A stretch of DNA of 64,000 bases, taken from contig NW_003526948.1 in the NCBI RefSeq assembly GCF_000181795.1, positions 649,935 through 713,934 of the forward strand. Direction: 5' to 3'. The position numbers and the translations under genes are program-made. Source of the stretch: Trichinella spiralis. Lineage: Eukaryota. The notes under the pieces were generated by a model, which was not told the DNA's origin, made no database searches, and saw nothing but the letters and a program-made list of their open reading frames with translations. Of the stretch, positions 24,648 to 38,679 are shown one piece after another (position 1 is the stretch's first letter; the number at the start of each line of letters is the position of its first letter).

Positions 24648-26791
24648 CTAACTGCTGCTGCCTACGTTCTGCTGTTGAAGAGATGAGATTTCTGCCTGCA
24701 AGGGCCATTGACACTGACCCTGACCCTGATCCGACAGCAGCTCGACCGAAGTGTCCAGCACCCGGCCTTTAGCAGTGCATGAATCTGATCCTGAAGCCAG
24801 ACTGCTCATAGTAGGAAGCAGAGTATTATCATCGGTCGATAGCCTTGATTTCAACTGTTGCTGTTGCTGCTGCTCCTCCTCCTCTTTCTTTTCCTTCTCC
24901 TCCTCCTCCTCCTCCTCCTCCTCCTGCTGCTGCTGCTGATCGTTGCTGCAACGACCTGCTGTTGTCCCTTGTTGCCGTAACAAGCTTGGCTCTGTGTAAT
25001 CGTGATCTGACTGGACCGCGTGCAATAAAAAACTGTTGCGATCTGAGAAACAGTCATCCACCATCACACTGGCGGCATTGGTCACCATGCTAGTCGACTC
25101 TGCATGCTGTTGCTGTTGTTCAAAGTTGTCACCGCTTTGGCTGTTGCCCGTTGCCAACTCGTCTTCATTTTTCTTCTCCAATTCCCTAGGCGCAGGTCCA
25201 TTACTTAATCGGACATCGACCACTGTCGAGTCTCTTTCGCCATTGGTCATTGTACATTGCCCGTCTACTTCACCTTCGGATGGAACAATATTCGCAGACA
25301 ACTGCCCCTTGTCGACCTGCTCTGTAGTACCATCGACATTTGATAAAGTAGAAGACGTGCAATTTGAATCAACAAGGCAGGATGAATCTGAACGGCTGAG
25401 ATCATCAGCTGGCAAAATTGTTCGCGACAAAGATTCTGAATCTTCCCTATTCAGCTGCACTGCATCAGTTGGAAGTTCAACGTTCGCGTCGGTGCTCAAC
25501 ATCTGCTGTTCAGCATTACAATACTCATCTAAAACATCATCGCTCAATTTCATCCCACGACATACGCAACAGAATGAAAACGTCGCAAATTTCAATTTAC
25601 AATCAATAAATTGAATCTGAATCAAACATATCAAATTTATTTCATTTACAAAAAAAATCAATCACTACTTCACAAATACAACAAAATCCAAGCCTACAAA
25701 TAGCCCTCATTTACAAGCTTGTATTAAAGCACACGTGTGCATGCAACGTCTGAAGAATAAAAAATTCCAAAAGACTGATATTTAAATTATGCAACTTCCA
25801 AAGTTTACCACCAAGTAGAACTACAGCGTTAGATAATGTCATAAATTAACACTATCCAATGTGCATGCACGTGAAAAATATTTGAAAGATGGACCACAAA
25901 ACTGGGAAGAAATAAACAAAACGACAACTTACCAGTAATATTATTACTATTCGTTCCTGACTGTTCGTCGCTTAAAGCTACTGAATTGGATTCGAGCTCA
26001 CCGTGACTTTTCACAGAAGAATCGCTCCCATTATTGTTATTACCATTATCATCATTACTGTATGCTTTCATATCGGAAACGACAGATTGTATCACTTCGT
26101 CCATGATCGCCTCACGCTTTTCCCTAGCCTGAGAAGAATCATCGTATAACTGCCTGTGCTGCTGACGCTGCTTCAGTGGATGATTGAGCACAGGAGGGCT
26201 TAAGATCTCTTTACGCATTCTTGAACCACCACGACGTCGTTTGGACACCGGCGCTGCAGAGCTTTCGACTTTTCCTGTCAACCAACTGCGGTCTTCAGAA
26301 ATATTAACAGATGACGTCTCTGCTGTTCCGTCAGAAAATCCACTTTGCAAAAGCAAACCGACAAGCAATGGGCTGCTGCTTCCAGCACTGATGCCCGAGT
26401 CAGATGTTTTAGCAGAACTCACGGACCGAGACTGTAGCCCATTTCCTGCGCGTGCAGCGGTCTTTCTTTTGTTCGTCTCGTTATTAATGCTGTTTGAATA
26501 ACAGTGTCTGAGCAAAGATGTTGCCAGCGAATCCGCTTCGCAAGATTGCCGACGTGTAGCACCAGAAAATGAAGGGATCAATCGCGCATCATCCTTTCCT
26601 ACATCGTGTTCCTCATGCTCGCCTCCCACATGAACGGCTAAGATACCAATGGAACGCAGGCAAGACGGTTCCTGAGCGTTCAAACGCTGCAGGCGTTTCG
26701 CCGCTGCAACGGGCAGTTGAAATGAAACCTTTACATTTTTCAAGCGATTTAAGCCTTCATCCACACCAATAGTCCTTTCGCGCTCAGGTAT
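24648..26791 (-). CDS. NCOA6 (ASC-2/TRBP)-like nuclear receptor coactivator; 5' end unresolved
   Basis: Exon 26791-25933 (GTAAGT donor, phase 1) joins exon 25528-24648 (TTTTAG acceptor, phase 1). VKVSFQLPVAAAKRLQRLNAQEPSCLRSIGILAVHVGG resembles the NCOA6 N-terminal domain (recalled as VRVTFNIPREAAERLRILAQ...LRDLGILSVQIEG). SSPLLVGLLLQS resembles the NCOA6 LxxLL box (recalled as TSPLLVNLLQS). The rest is low-complexity S/Q/E-rich. Candidate upstream exons lie near 28200-28350 and 29028-29143. Confidence 0.65.
24852..24938 (-). repeat. Compound CAG/GAG trinucleotide repeat encoding polyQ-polyE-polyQ
   Basis: (TGC)n-(TCC)n-(TGC)n on +; translates on - to QQQQQEEEEEEEEEKEKKEEEEQQQQQQ. Confidence 0.9.
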
Positions 26792-29700
26792 CTAGAAATG
26801 TTCAATCAAAAACTGAATTTCATATTCAATGCACTGCAATATTAAAATTGGCCACTTAATAAAACTAACAATCTCATTTCGTGATAATTCTATCTCTCTT
26901 TGCTTTCAAATTTATATTTATCAAACACACAAACATATACATATATATATATATACATATATATGTATATATTAACCAAAATTAAACAAAAATACCAGTT
27001 AAAATGATCATTTTAAAGCATTACGCAGTACAGTTACTAGAGACATCCATTCTTATTAAAAAGTGAAACAATCAAATATATTACAGTAAAATTAATTATA
27101 AAATCAATTTTAAAAATGCAACAACTTTTTAAACCTCATTATCTAAATGTAACAGCAAATTTTCAAAGATATCAAGGCAGAGTCGAGTTATTTATAAATA
27201 ATAATAAAACACTTTAATTCCACAAAGCATATAATATTATCGTATATTATAATAATATTACATATATTATAATATAAAAGGAACTTAAAATAAAAAAGAC
27301 AGTAATAATAAGTAATAACAAAAGACAGCAATGACGATCAAGTTTGTTTAATTAATATTCTACAGTATGAATCTCATGGTCAAACAACTGGCCTAAATTT
27401 TACAAATAAACAAAGTTAAATGACAATATCGGATACCACACCAAGAAACAAATTAGAGAAAATTAAAAATTGATAGAAAATTTCAGACAGTGTTCATTTC
27501 GTAACTTAAACAAATATCAGAATTAGGAATTTCATTTTTTCACAATAACATTCAATTTGCTGTTGTTCATTATTTAAGTAACTTACTTTCTATATAATCC
27601 TAATTTGTAATTAAAACTACGAAACCATCTATGCAATCTTATATACACTAAGAAGATCTATGAGTATCTTGTATACACTATTAAAGAACAATTACAAAAT
27701 ACGAAAGTGTAATTTCTCCAACTTATAAGCAATCAGAACATTCAGAATTAAATTTTTTTTATAGCCAACATTAACAATAACATAAATAAACAATTCCAAA
27801 GAATAACAATTCAAGTCTTTAATTTAAAAATGTGTAGGAAATATTAATAACCATGCATATAAGCTATACGAAATATTAGTAAAAATAAAGAATTTGTAAA
27901 TGATTCTGAAGCAAACTGAAGCAGATAAACGTTGTCAATGCATTATGAGAAAAATTAATTTTCATAATTGCGAAAATTAATCGCTCAAAACTCAGTTAAG
28001 CTTCTTGATAACAAGAGAAAATGCATTTTAAACTTTACTGAAAAAATGAGATCGTTATTTCAAAATAAAGTACTAACAGATAATAAAATTTCATAATCTT
28101 AAAATTTCAAAATCACTGAATACTTTTTTGCGTTTTTTAAATAATTATATTCTACATAAAACAATATAATGGTACAAATATTTCATTAATGCAGAGTGGT
28201 GTAAGGAAGTCTAAAAGTGCACATGTTCTCTCTCGTCAACTTTATCCAACATAAACTTCCAGCAGATGCTGATTCCAGACATCTTTACTTCAGCTAATAA
28301 ATTTCATTAAACCCTCACTAACCTTTATCCATGTCAAGTCAGAATTCCTGCTTGAAAAAGAAAACAATGAATAACGTGAACTCTAAATGTTTTTCAAATT
28401 TTCATGATGCTTTATGTTAGAAAATGAATTTCACCGATTCAATTTTTTCCCATACACCTTAATATATTTAAAACTAATAAATGTGTGAAAATAATATATT
28501 CTTTCAAAAAGTATATGAATGAATAAGTATTCACAATGTAAATAATTCGGCCATTAAAAGATGAAATTGACAGAAAAATGTAAACAAGCATGTCTAATTA
28601 TAGCAGTGCTTAAAAAGTTAAAAACTGTGCCATGTAAAATGTGCATTATTGGGTTGATAACGAAGGAAAATAAATAGAACAAAATAAATGGAAGTATAAC
28701 AGACGGATGGAAATAAAATGTCAACTTTTTGAATCAAAAAGCTTCCTTAGATATCAACAACAACATACCGCACACCTAACAATTTTAATATAAACCACAA
28801 AAACTAATATCACTGCAACTGATATATTATTATATTAAAGAAATTTAAAAATTTCACCGAACACATTTTAAAAAGTGCCTTAAAACAGTCATTTCTTCAA
28901 TAAAACAACGAAATCCACATTCTGCAACACATATTATAAGGACAATATCGCAAATTTGAAGAGACAAAACAAGAAATTAGCAAAACAGTCTCTTTAATAT
29001 TATCAAATTGAAATTAAAATAACTCACCTGCATGAAGCAAAATTGGAAATGAGATGGTGGAAAGAGTCAACAACACTGCCTCAATGTTAGAACTGTCTTC
29101 CAAACAAAACAGCTTCATCAGAAATGGATCAGCATTAATAACACTAGAAAATGTCAATTTCACTGGTGAATAACAACACATTTTTTTAAAAAGGAAACAA
29201 AATAACTATCAGTACAATAGAAAAGAAAATTCAAGATTTAAAAACTCTGTTAATCTGATCATCAGATTTAAATGCAGCCTCCCACAATTAAAAACAATCA
29301 AAACAATGAACATACGATCACGCGAGAACAGTAATACTGCTTAATAAGTATAGCAAAAAGCTGAAAAAGTGTTTTAAATGAACAACTTCATGCAAAAATT
29401 AATAATCGAATTCTTTCAGTATCAATTATATGAAACTTAAGTAAGAACAAACGTAAAAATAAACGAAGCGCTAATTGCATCCTGTGATTAGACATTTAAA
29501 AATAAGCAGGTTCAAATTTTAGATGACTAACATTCGTGTATTGCTGAATGGAAGAAAAAATTAATTTTTATAATAATTTAAATTTATTATTTGATTTAAA
29601 AATTCAAATTTAAAATATTTTGAATATATTTCATTTATCTGGCTATTTATAAGTATTTTTAATATGAAAGTTAGCCAATGATGTTCTCAATAAAGAGTTT

Positions 29701-30485
29701 TGCACAAATATATAATAAATTACAATTTCGTTATTATAAATTTGGAAATACAGTTTAAAATGAATGAAATTACTTTTAAACGTCAAACACGACATTATAA
29801 ATTTTCCTTAATGAAAGATGCTGAAATAAAATTTTGAATTACTGTGTTTTAATTAAAAATTTTCTTCGCAGAAAAGAATGTAAATTTACCAGAAATGTAC
29901 TTTTGGCTTTCAGTCATATGCTAGATAATAAGTGCAAAGTTTGTTGTCGCAAAGTAATGCTATTGTGTATATACTGTATCACTAGATAAAATAAACGTTT
30001 TATCAGTCTGCTGACAACATTGCCAGTTTTCGTATTTATATATATGGATTCAATTTTTTCAAGCTAATATAAAAAGACAAATGATGACTATTTTATCCGC
30101 TAAATTAGCTCAATAATTTGACTATCGTTTCAGGAATCTTAAAATTGCTAACAACAGATGCGATGATATTTTTTTAATCAGTTTCATTTCTCAAAACATT
30201 TGCTTGTTAATATTTTTCTTCTTATATTTGATTTATTTTAAATAATTTCAGAATTTCAAACGATCATCATGAAATGTTTAGTTCAGTAAATTAATAACTG
30301 CGTAAACTATGTGTAATAAATGAAAAAAATGAATACACATGATGACAGTAAGATGTTTATGATATTTAAGTTATGTTGCTAAGTGACAAAAAGCAAAGCT
30401 CTAATATTGATTTTGATGCGCGACCGTGTAAACGGTGAAGAATATTTCGATTTTGTTCGTCAGAATGGAAACGTTTGGTTACTAA

Positions 30486-31750
<1,265 letters not shown>

Positions 31751-32997
31751 AATAAATTGATCAAAAATTATAATCAACAGACAAACCGACCATATTGTTA
31801 ATTAAAAACAAATTATATTGACAAAACATTGCATTATTGTCACAAAGAATAAGTCACTCCTATTAATGCCATTTGTAAGTCAGTTGTCAAACTGTCTATG
31901 AAAAAACTCACATTTGGCATTTTCATTCGGATTTTAATCACAAATGACGTTTGTCCTTTTAGGAAATAAAACTGAAAATATTAATGTTTTTCAATTTCAG
32001 CTGATGACTCAACGGCAAAATGACTTGCTAAGACACGGTGAGTAGAGAAATTAAATACTTTCATTGAAATTTATGATTCCACTTGTACGAGGAACTGCTA
32101 ATTCGATACTTAAGTAAATGAGCAAATCGTCAGCATGTTTCGTGAAGTTGACTGACCTAAACCTATAAATGGAGTACAGTGACCCGTTCGTTTCTCTTCA
32201 ACAGATCAACAACTACAAATCTGTTCTCACTGTAGGACGATCGGTATAGATATCACTATTTCATTCACCAATCCAAGTCTACAGATAATGAATGAGCAGC
32301 AAATTGCCAAGAAAGAAGCAAAAACAAATAAATGTTCGTGCATATCTAGCCCCTCCATTAACGTACAACCTAACCGATCGCACGACAAACACTTCCATAA
32401 ATACGGTAACTAGCTGATATACTGTATGTAATGGAAAGTAGGTTCTATGATAAAAATGAAATATTGTGAACATCACGTTTATTATAAATTTTTAATAATT
32501 TCCTTTAATATTGAAAATATTTTTCGGCATAATATTTAACAACTTGGCAAAATTTAACACTAACTCATAAAATTTCACTAATTTACTTGGATGAAAGAAA
32601 ACATTTCTCGTTGAAAATGATTTCGCAATAATTAGTCAAAAAGAATTATTTTCAACTAATTTTATTATAAAAAATAAAAAACACAGATCTCGATAGACAA
32701 GCAAGTATTAATATCACATCCTATTACAATGATCATAATAATGGACGTGTTTAAAACGGAAAAAGTATCAATTTCGTTGGTCATGCGGGAAAAATTGCTC
32801 ATGAAATGTAAAAAACAGCAAACACTATACGCGTACATGTTAAACTGAAAAAAATATTGGTTATATTAGAGCCTATGAAGGAGGCAATCAATCATCAACT
32901 TCGTAGAGCATGTGTAAAAAGTTGTTGAACAAAAAATTATAATTATGGCATAAAATTGTTTATATATTTAAGAATATTCATTTGTTGCTGCTTGTTT

Positions 32998-35900
32998 CTA
33001 CGATGGTGACCGGGCATTGGAAGCAAGTTGATTTCCAGCAGAATTCAGAAGTTGGATTGTTTTGCATAATGACTCTATACGATTCAGAATAACTTCTTGA
33101 GTTTTTTTCATATCAAATACAGCTTCGTGCATCGTTTTTTGCATTTTCGCTACATCAACAAGAGCATTTCCTTCTTCACTTGTCTTCCTTTGCTCCCACT
33201 TTATACGCTTAAAACTAAAATTTTTAAAATTACTTCTTTTTCCTTTATCATTATGTAACTACTGCAAAGTATATATCTTACAACGCCTGAACTGCATAAT
33301 ATAATATAATGTAATATGCTTGTGCGTGTGCATGTAACTTTACTATAATATACATATTTCACTTACTCATTTATGGCAAGTAAAAATTTCTTTTGATAAT
33401 TGCGTAATTTGATAGCATCATGTGAAGACTTCCCGTGGCTGTATCGATGAATGAACCATCTATTCTGAAGTACCTTTGCCGCAATATTTTTGCACTAAAG
33501 TTAAAAAATCGTCACTGAATGCTAATTTTATGGAAACACTTTCCCACCTGTCGACTTAGCTTCGATTCAGACATGAAATTGTTTACTTGTTTTTCTGCTC
33601 TTGTCAGTTCCATTTGACGGCTGATGACAGCGATCAAAGCAGAAGACACACCAGCTCCCTTAAGTAGAATTTTCAATAAAAAACTTGCAATTTATTACAA
33701 TCTTGACAAATAGCATATATTTATAAACAGCATTCACCTGTTCTCTTACAACTTCATGTATTCATTCATAAATGCACCACTTTTAAATTTCAACAAAATA
33801 AAAATTTCCTTCAATGCTTGCTTATATAACACGAACATTGATATATATAATTATGAATAATTTTAATATAATAAAATAGTCGCTAATGTTGATCAAAGCA
33901 GTTGAAAAACCTATAAAACATTCGAAAAAATGCTTTATTAGCAAGTCTATTTAATATTTATTGTTGAAATAAATTTGAAAAAACTGTAAACAATATTCTA
34001 ATTCAATTTAAAATTAAAACAATAAAAAATGCTTTACAATAATTCCAGTTGTTATGGACACACCACGGCCGCAGTAAGTAGTAGGTGTAACGTCGCCGTA
34101 TCCAATAGACAAGAAAGTAATGATGACAAACCAAATTGAATTAGAATACAAATATTCGTCATGATTTCCATTGAATCTGAAGTTATAAATGCACGATTTA
34201 AACAGAAAGGCATAATTTACTAATTATTTCAAGAAGTTCTGAAAAAGTAATAAAAGAATTGTATGAATTAAATCTATTCAGTCTGAAACATTAATGAAAT
34301 TTTATTTTGAAGTATTTCATTTTCATCATATCTATTTGCTTAGCTAATAAAATATTCATTAATTATAACAACAACAGTGTTCCCATATAACTAACTAACT
34401 ACATTCGTGTTAATGTTGAAATTCTGCACATATTATATAAAGAGGCTTTAGTATAAAATCAGAACGTAATAGAATAGCGCTTTAATAAACTGAAATTTCA
34501 TAAAACTTGCCTTTCACACTGCCTGAACATCCATGCCATTACCAGCCAAAGCACTCCAGTAAATAATAGTAACACTTTAATAGGATTTTCGTACATTAAT
34601 GACTTTAAGATGAAAGCAAAATCCACTGTTATTCTATTCAACGCGGCAATGCTTCTTGTAGCTGCATCTTGAAACTGCTTGCTCCGGAGGGCCATAAAAC
34701 GCCCCAGCAAGTACAAACGACAAACCATAAGTACTGATAAAATAGCATTTAACGGTGCCTTTACTGATTCCGTCGTAAGACGATCTTCTTTCACAACCGT
34801 CCAATCGATCATTATATCAGCTGAAAATAGACATTTAAATGAATGAATAAATGAATACATTTTCTGATCAATTTCCAGTTTAAAATTTCAAATCTTCATT
34901 ATGTGAAAAAATCAAATTGAACAGTTTCGATAAAATACAGTCCTGACAAGCGTAATAAAAAAAATTAAACACTTGAAAATAAGCACTACTTTTTCTATTT
35001 TTTGTTTTTTCTGAAATTTCTGCCTCACTGTATTTGTCAAAGTCGTACCTGGAAGAGGAACCACAGAACAGATGACAATTTCCGTTGCAAGCTGAATTAT
35101 TTGGCCAGTGGTTAATGCAACACGCCAATCATCTGCACCAGTGCGATTCAATGAAATCTGAAATGAAATATCACACATGAAGAAAGGGATTTACTAATTA
35201 AGTATAATAAAGAATACATAGTAAAGTGTAATACCTGAATTTGAGTAGAATGATACAAAACTATTCCCACAATCAAGGCCACTGTCACTCCCATACTGAT
35301 GCAGTTGCAAACTATTGACAGTATTGAAAACTATAAAGCAAAGTAGCACTTTCAGATGATCCTCATGTGCAAACATATTTATATGCAATAAATATATGAT
35401 GTAAATTGTTTTTATATGTCTCTTCATGATTTGTTGATCAGTTGCTTGCTAAAAACTTATTTTTTAGAAATTACAAAATAATACGCGCAATAAGGTATAA
35501 GAATGAAGGTATTTTAAAGTAAATAATGAATAACAAGCACTATTCTTCAACAGTAATATAACAAACATTACCGCACAATAGCTCATTAAACTAAAATGTA
35601 AACTTGAAAAATTAAGAAAATACACAGTTAGTTAATAAAATAGTATTTCTGAAGCAAAACAAATTTATTTGCTGCATGAGGTTTTCTGATTTTTGCAATT
35701 AAAGAATACTAATGAAGTGCTACAAATAAGAAAACATGATAAAAGTAACATAAACAAAAAAAATACTAAAAAGTTTGCAGTTATATTAATTCAAGCTTAT
35801 TTTAACTTTCTGATGTACATGTAAAGATCAACTTAGAAACACAGGCCTGAAAATGGAAACTGATGCTTTATATGCTTAATTAATAAACAGTGCAGTATTG

Positions 35901-36652
35901 CTTTTTGGGATAAATGAATCAAGTATCGGAATGAAATGAACTTACATAAGTGGTGTTGTGGAATTCATTTTCTATGACAACAACGCCAATGCCCACTAAA
36001 GCTAGCAGAAAACAATAGTCATTGATACGAATTCGTCTATAGAAGAGCATTTTCCGTCGACGCAGTCGTGCTGTCCAATCACTTTCCAAGGATAATTTTG
36101 TATCGCTGAAGAAAGTTCTACTTTCTGGTTCTGCCTCATTTATAGATTTCAGCGCAAGATCAGTAGCATTGGAAGCTTTATTACGCAGTGACTGTCTACT
36201 ATCGCTGTGCTTTTTGAGCAAACTTTTGAAAACTTGCTGTCCACCAATAATGCGCATGTATTCATTGCTGACCTCATAAAGCGGATTCCGTTCCTCAGGA
36301 TGCAAATGCGCCGTACCCAAAGTAGGAGAAGATAGAGATTGTCTTTCCGTTTCCACGCTATTGCAATTTTCTTTTGATGATGAACCAGGCAATTCTGCTT
36401 CTAGCTCTTCACTGTATGCCGCAGGATTTTCATCTTTATCTAACGCTAAACTAAAGTATCGCACATTTCGCCCAGGGCTTTTATCGATGTCATCTAAATT
36501 ACACACAAATTATAAATAATTTCCAAAAACCATATTGCATATAAATAATACAAACCATAGTCAGCAGATGGAGTTTTTCCCCCAAATAACACTTGCTGAG
36601 GTCTGCTCAATTGATGACCAGACGTATTTTTTACAACGCTTTTGTTGCTCAT
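32998..36652 (-). CDS. Small-conductance calcium-activated potassium channel (SK/KCNN, nematode kcnl family)
   Basis: First coding exon 36652-36556 (MSNKSVVKN...) splices in phase 1 to the 35.9-36.5 kb exon ([25 protein letters not shown]). Further exons give [39 protein letters not shown], the pore segment [17 protein letters not shown], the calmodulin-binding region [13 protein letters not shown], and a coiled coil ending at TAG 32998-33000. Confidence 0.93.
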
Positions 36653-38640
36653 ATCGCTGCAGTTGGATTAAGAAGAAGTGAAATTTGCAAACTGAATGAA
36701 AACATAAATTTAATACTCTTTAATATAATTATAAAGAGATGTTACATGAGGATTCAATATAATTATAAAATTTTAATGCGGAAAATTTTCTTTTGTATCA
36801 ACAAAGAATTCAATCATTTCGCTCTTCATTCCCACTTTATGACACAACTTTTGTGTTGTTTCAAATAAAGCGCATATGAAATAAATTTCTTTACCAGCGT
36901 ATGCAACCTTCTCTAGCTTATTTCGATTATGCACTACTGAAGTCAAACTTGCATTCTGCTAAAAGATACTGTACTGCAAACAGAAAACAACGCAATACAG
37001 TTAGTAGAAATAAATATGAATACTGCAGCTTAATTTTTGTCCAAAATACAGTCATACACAGTGGAACAAATTTATTTCTCAAAAATTGTACGTCCATAAC
37101 ATTTAATGCTGTTAACGTTCAAATTAATACATAAACATGCAAGCAATAGTAATTAATTCCCAAATGTGCAATTCCCAAGACACAGTCATATTGAGCAATC
37201 TTCAAAGAATTGATTCGAATTTCACAGTCAGAAGCACTTTTTGAAAGCCTGCTTAACACGAAGCTAAATAGCATGAAGATGACAAACAGCACGTGAAAAA
37301 TGTAATCACAAAAATTACAAAAGAATAATATTAAATGAGTGGAAAAACTTTATGGACAAAAAAATTTTAGTCTTCACGAAAATCCATCAAAATATTATTC
37401 AATGAAACAATTCTACATCTTAAAAGTAATGCTTATTTCCATTGTATATTAGAAATGTACTATTAACTTCTTACCTATTACAATGAATTTTATTTCTTAG
37501 AATAACTAAGTGAGCAACAGATTTACTGCAAAAAAGAGTCAATGTGAAAAGCAAAACATCCATCACATTTCGATGGCTTTCCATTTGAAACAAATACAGA
37601 GAGCAACCTTTTTCAACTATGGTAAAACTTCATTCATGATTTCAGCAGTAAATGCAGGCATGGCTGATCCAATTTGTTTTCTTAATTAAATTTTCCTTTC
37701 AATTTCATTCAAATCGAATGCAGATTTTACTTTGCTCAACATCTGAACAAAAACAGAACAGCATATTATGAATAAAAGCAGCAAAAGTCTAAATCGCAGT
37801 AACGATACAAAATATTAATTCTGAAATCTCTTAAATCATAAAATAATTAATAATTCAACTTTCTGACTCTATTACTTGACAAACAAAACAAGCAGAAGAT
37901 ATTTGCAGCTTAAAGTCACTGGACTGAGTCTTTCCTTCTCGTATACAAATTTAGAAAGCAATTTGCTATCAATTTTCTGCCAAAATACTCATCTTAAATT
38001 TGTCTTTTTTATTTCCAAAACCTGGTGCTACACCATTCTGAAAGTATTTTCAAACAACTCATTTATACTGAACGAGGCGAAGACCAGTGAATTCTCTTAA
38101 CTGGGCAATTTTTCGAACAAGCTACTTTACTAGATAGCTAAATTTAATTTAATCAAAGCATGCAATTCTCTATCAATCTCAGCAAAATGAGAATCGACAT
38201 TATTACCGCCAGTATTTATAGCAGTAGTTTTATTCAATACTATCTATATACCTGTATTAAAATTACCACTTTTACATAGTAAAAAAATAAAATCTAAAAT
38301 TATATCTAATATGATCTTTTGGTATGAAACAATAAATAACAGATTTGAATGGAAATTATTAACGTAATTCCAAAAAATTTGGACTTTTGAAGTGCTATTG
38401 CATTTTTATTTAGATGCATTTTAATTTATCTGATTAATAAATTTTCGTTAATTTCCTGTTCGTTGTAGCATTTCGTATTTTGTAATGCAGCATATCATCA
38501 TTTTATTTTATTTTTTTATTACTACTTTTGCATTTGTACTTTTAACATTTTTCCAGTCATACTGTAGTACAAACATTATAACACACGCCTATCTTAATCT
38601 TCCAAAAACTGTTTTAAAATCTACACATTAAAATGCAGAA

Positions 38641-38679
38641 AGCTAATAAGTATTTCAACTGACAGCTAATAAGTATTTC
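38641..38679. repeat. 16-bp direct repeat AGCTAATAAGTATTTC, period 23
   Basis: Two exact copies starting at 38641 and 38664. Confidence 0.85.

Noticed and set aside
24490..24772. Poly-Ile ORFs on both strands that look like signal or TM peptides
   Set aside because: Artefact of the (AAT)n microsatellite.
25036..25614. 192-aa plus-strand ORF (also 26184-26501 and 24751-25093)
   Set aside because: Antisense shadows of the GC-richer NCOA6-like exons; the poly-C/S/P tracts come from the repeats.
28200..28350. Two adjacent candidate 5' coding exons for the NCOA6-like gene
   Set aside because: Joining them needs a 29-bp intron, shorter than the others seen here; the 5' end is left unresolved.
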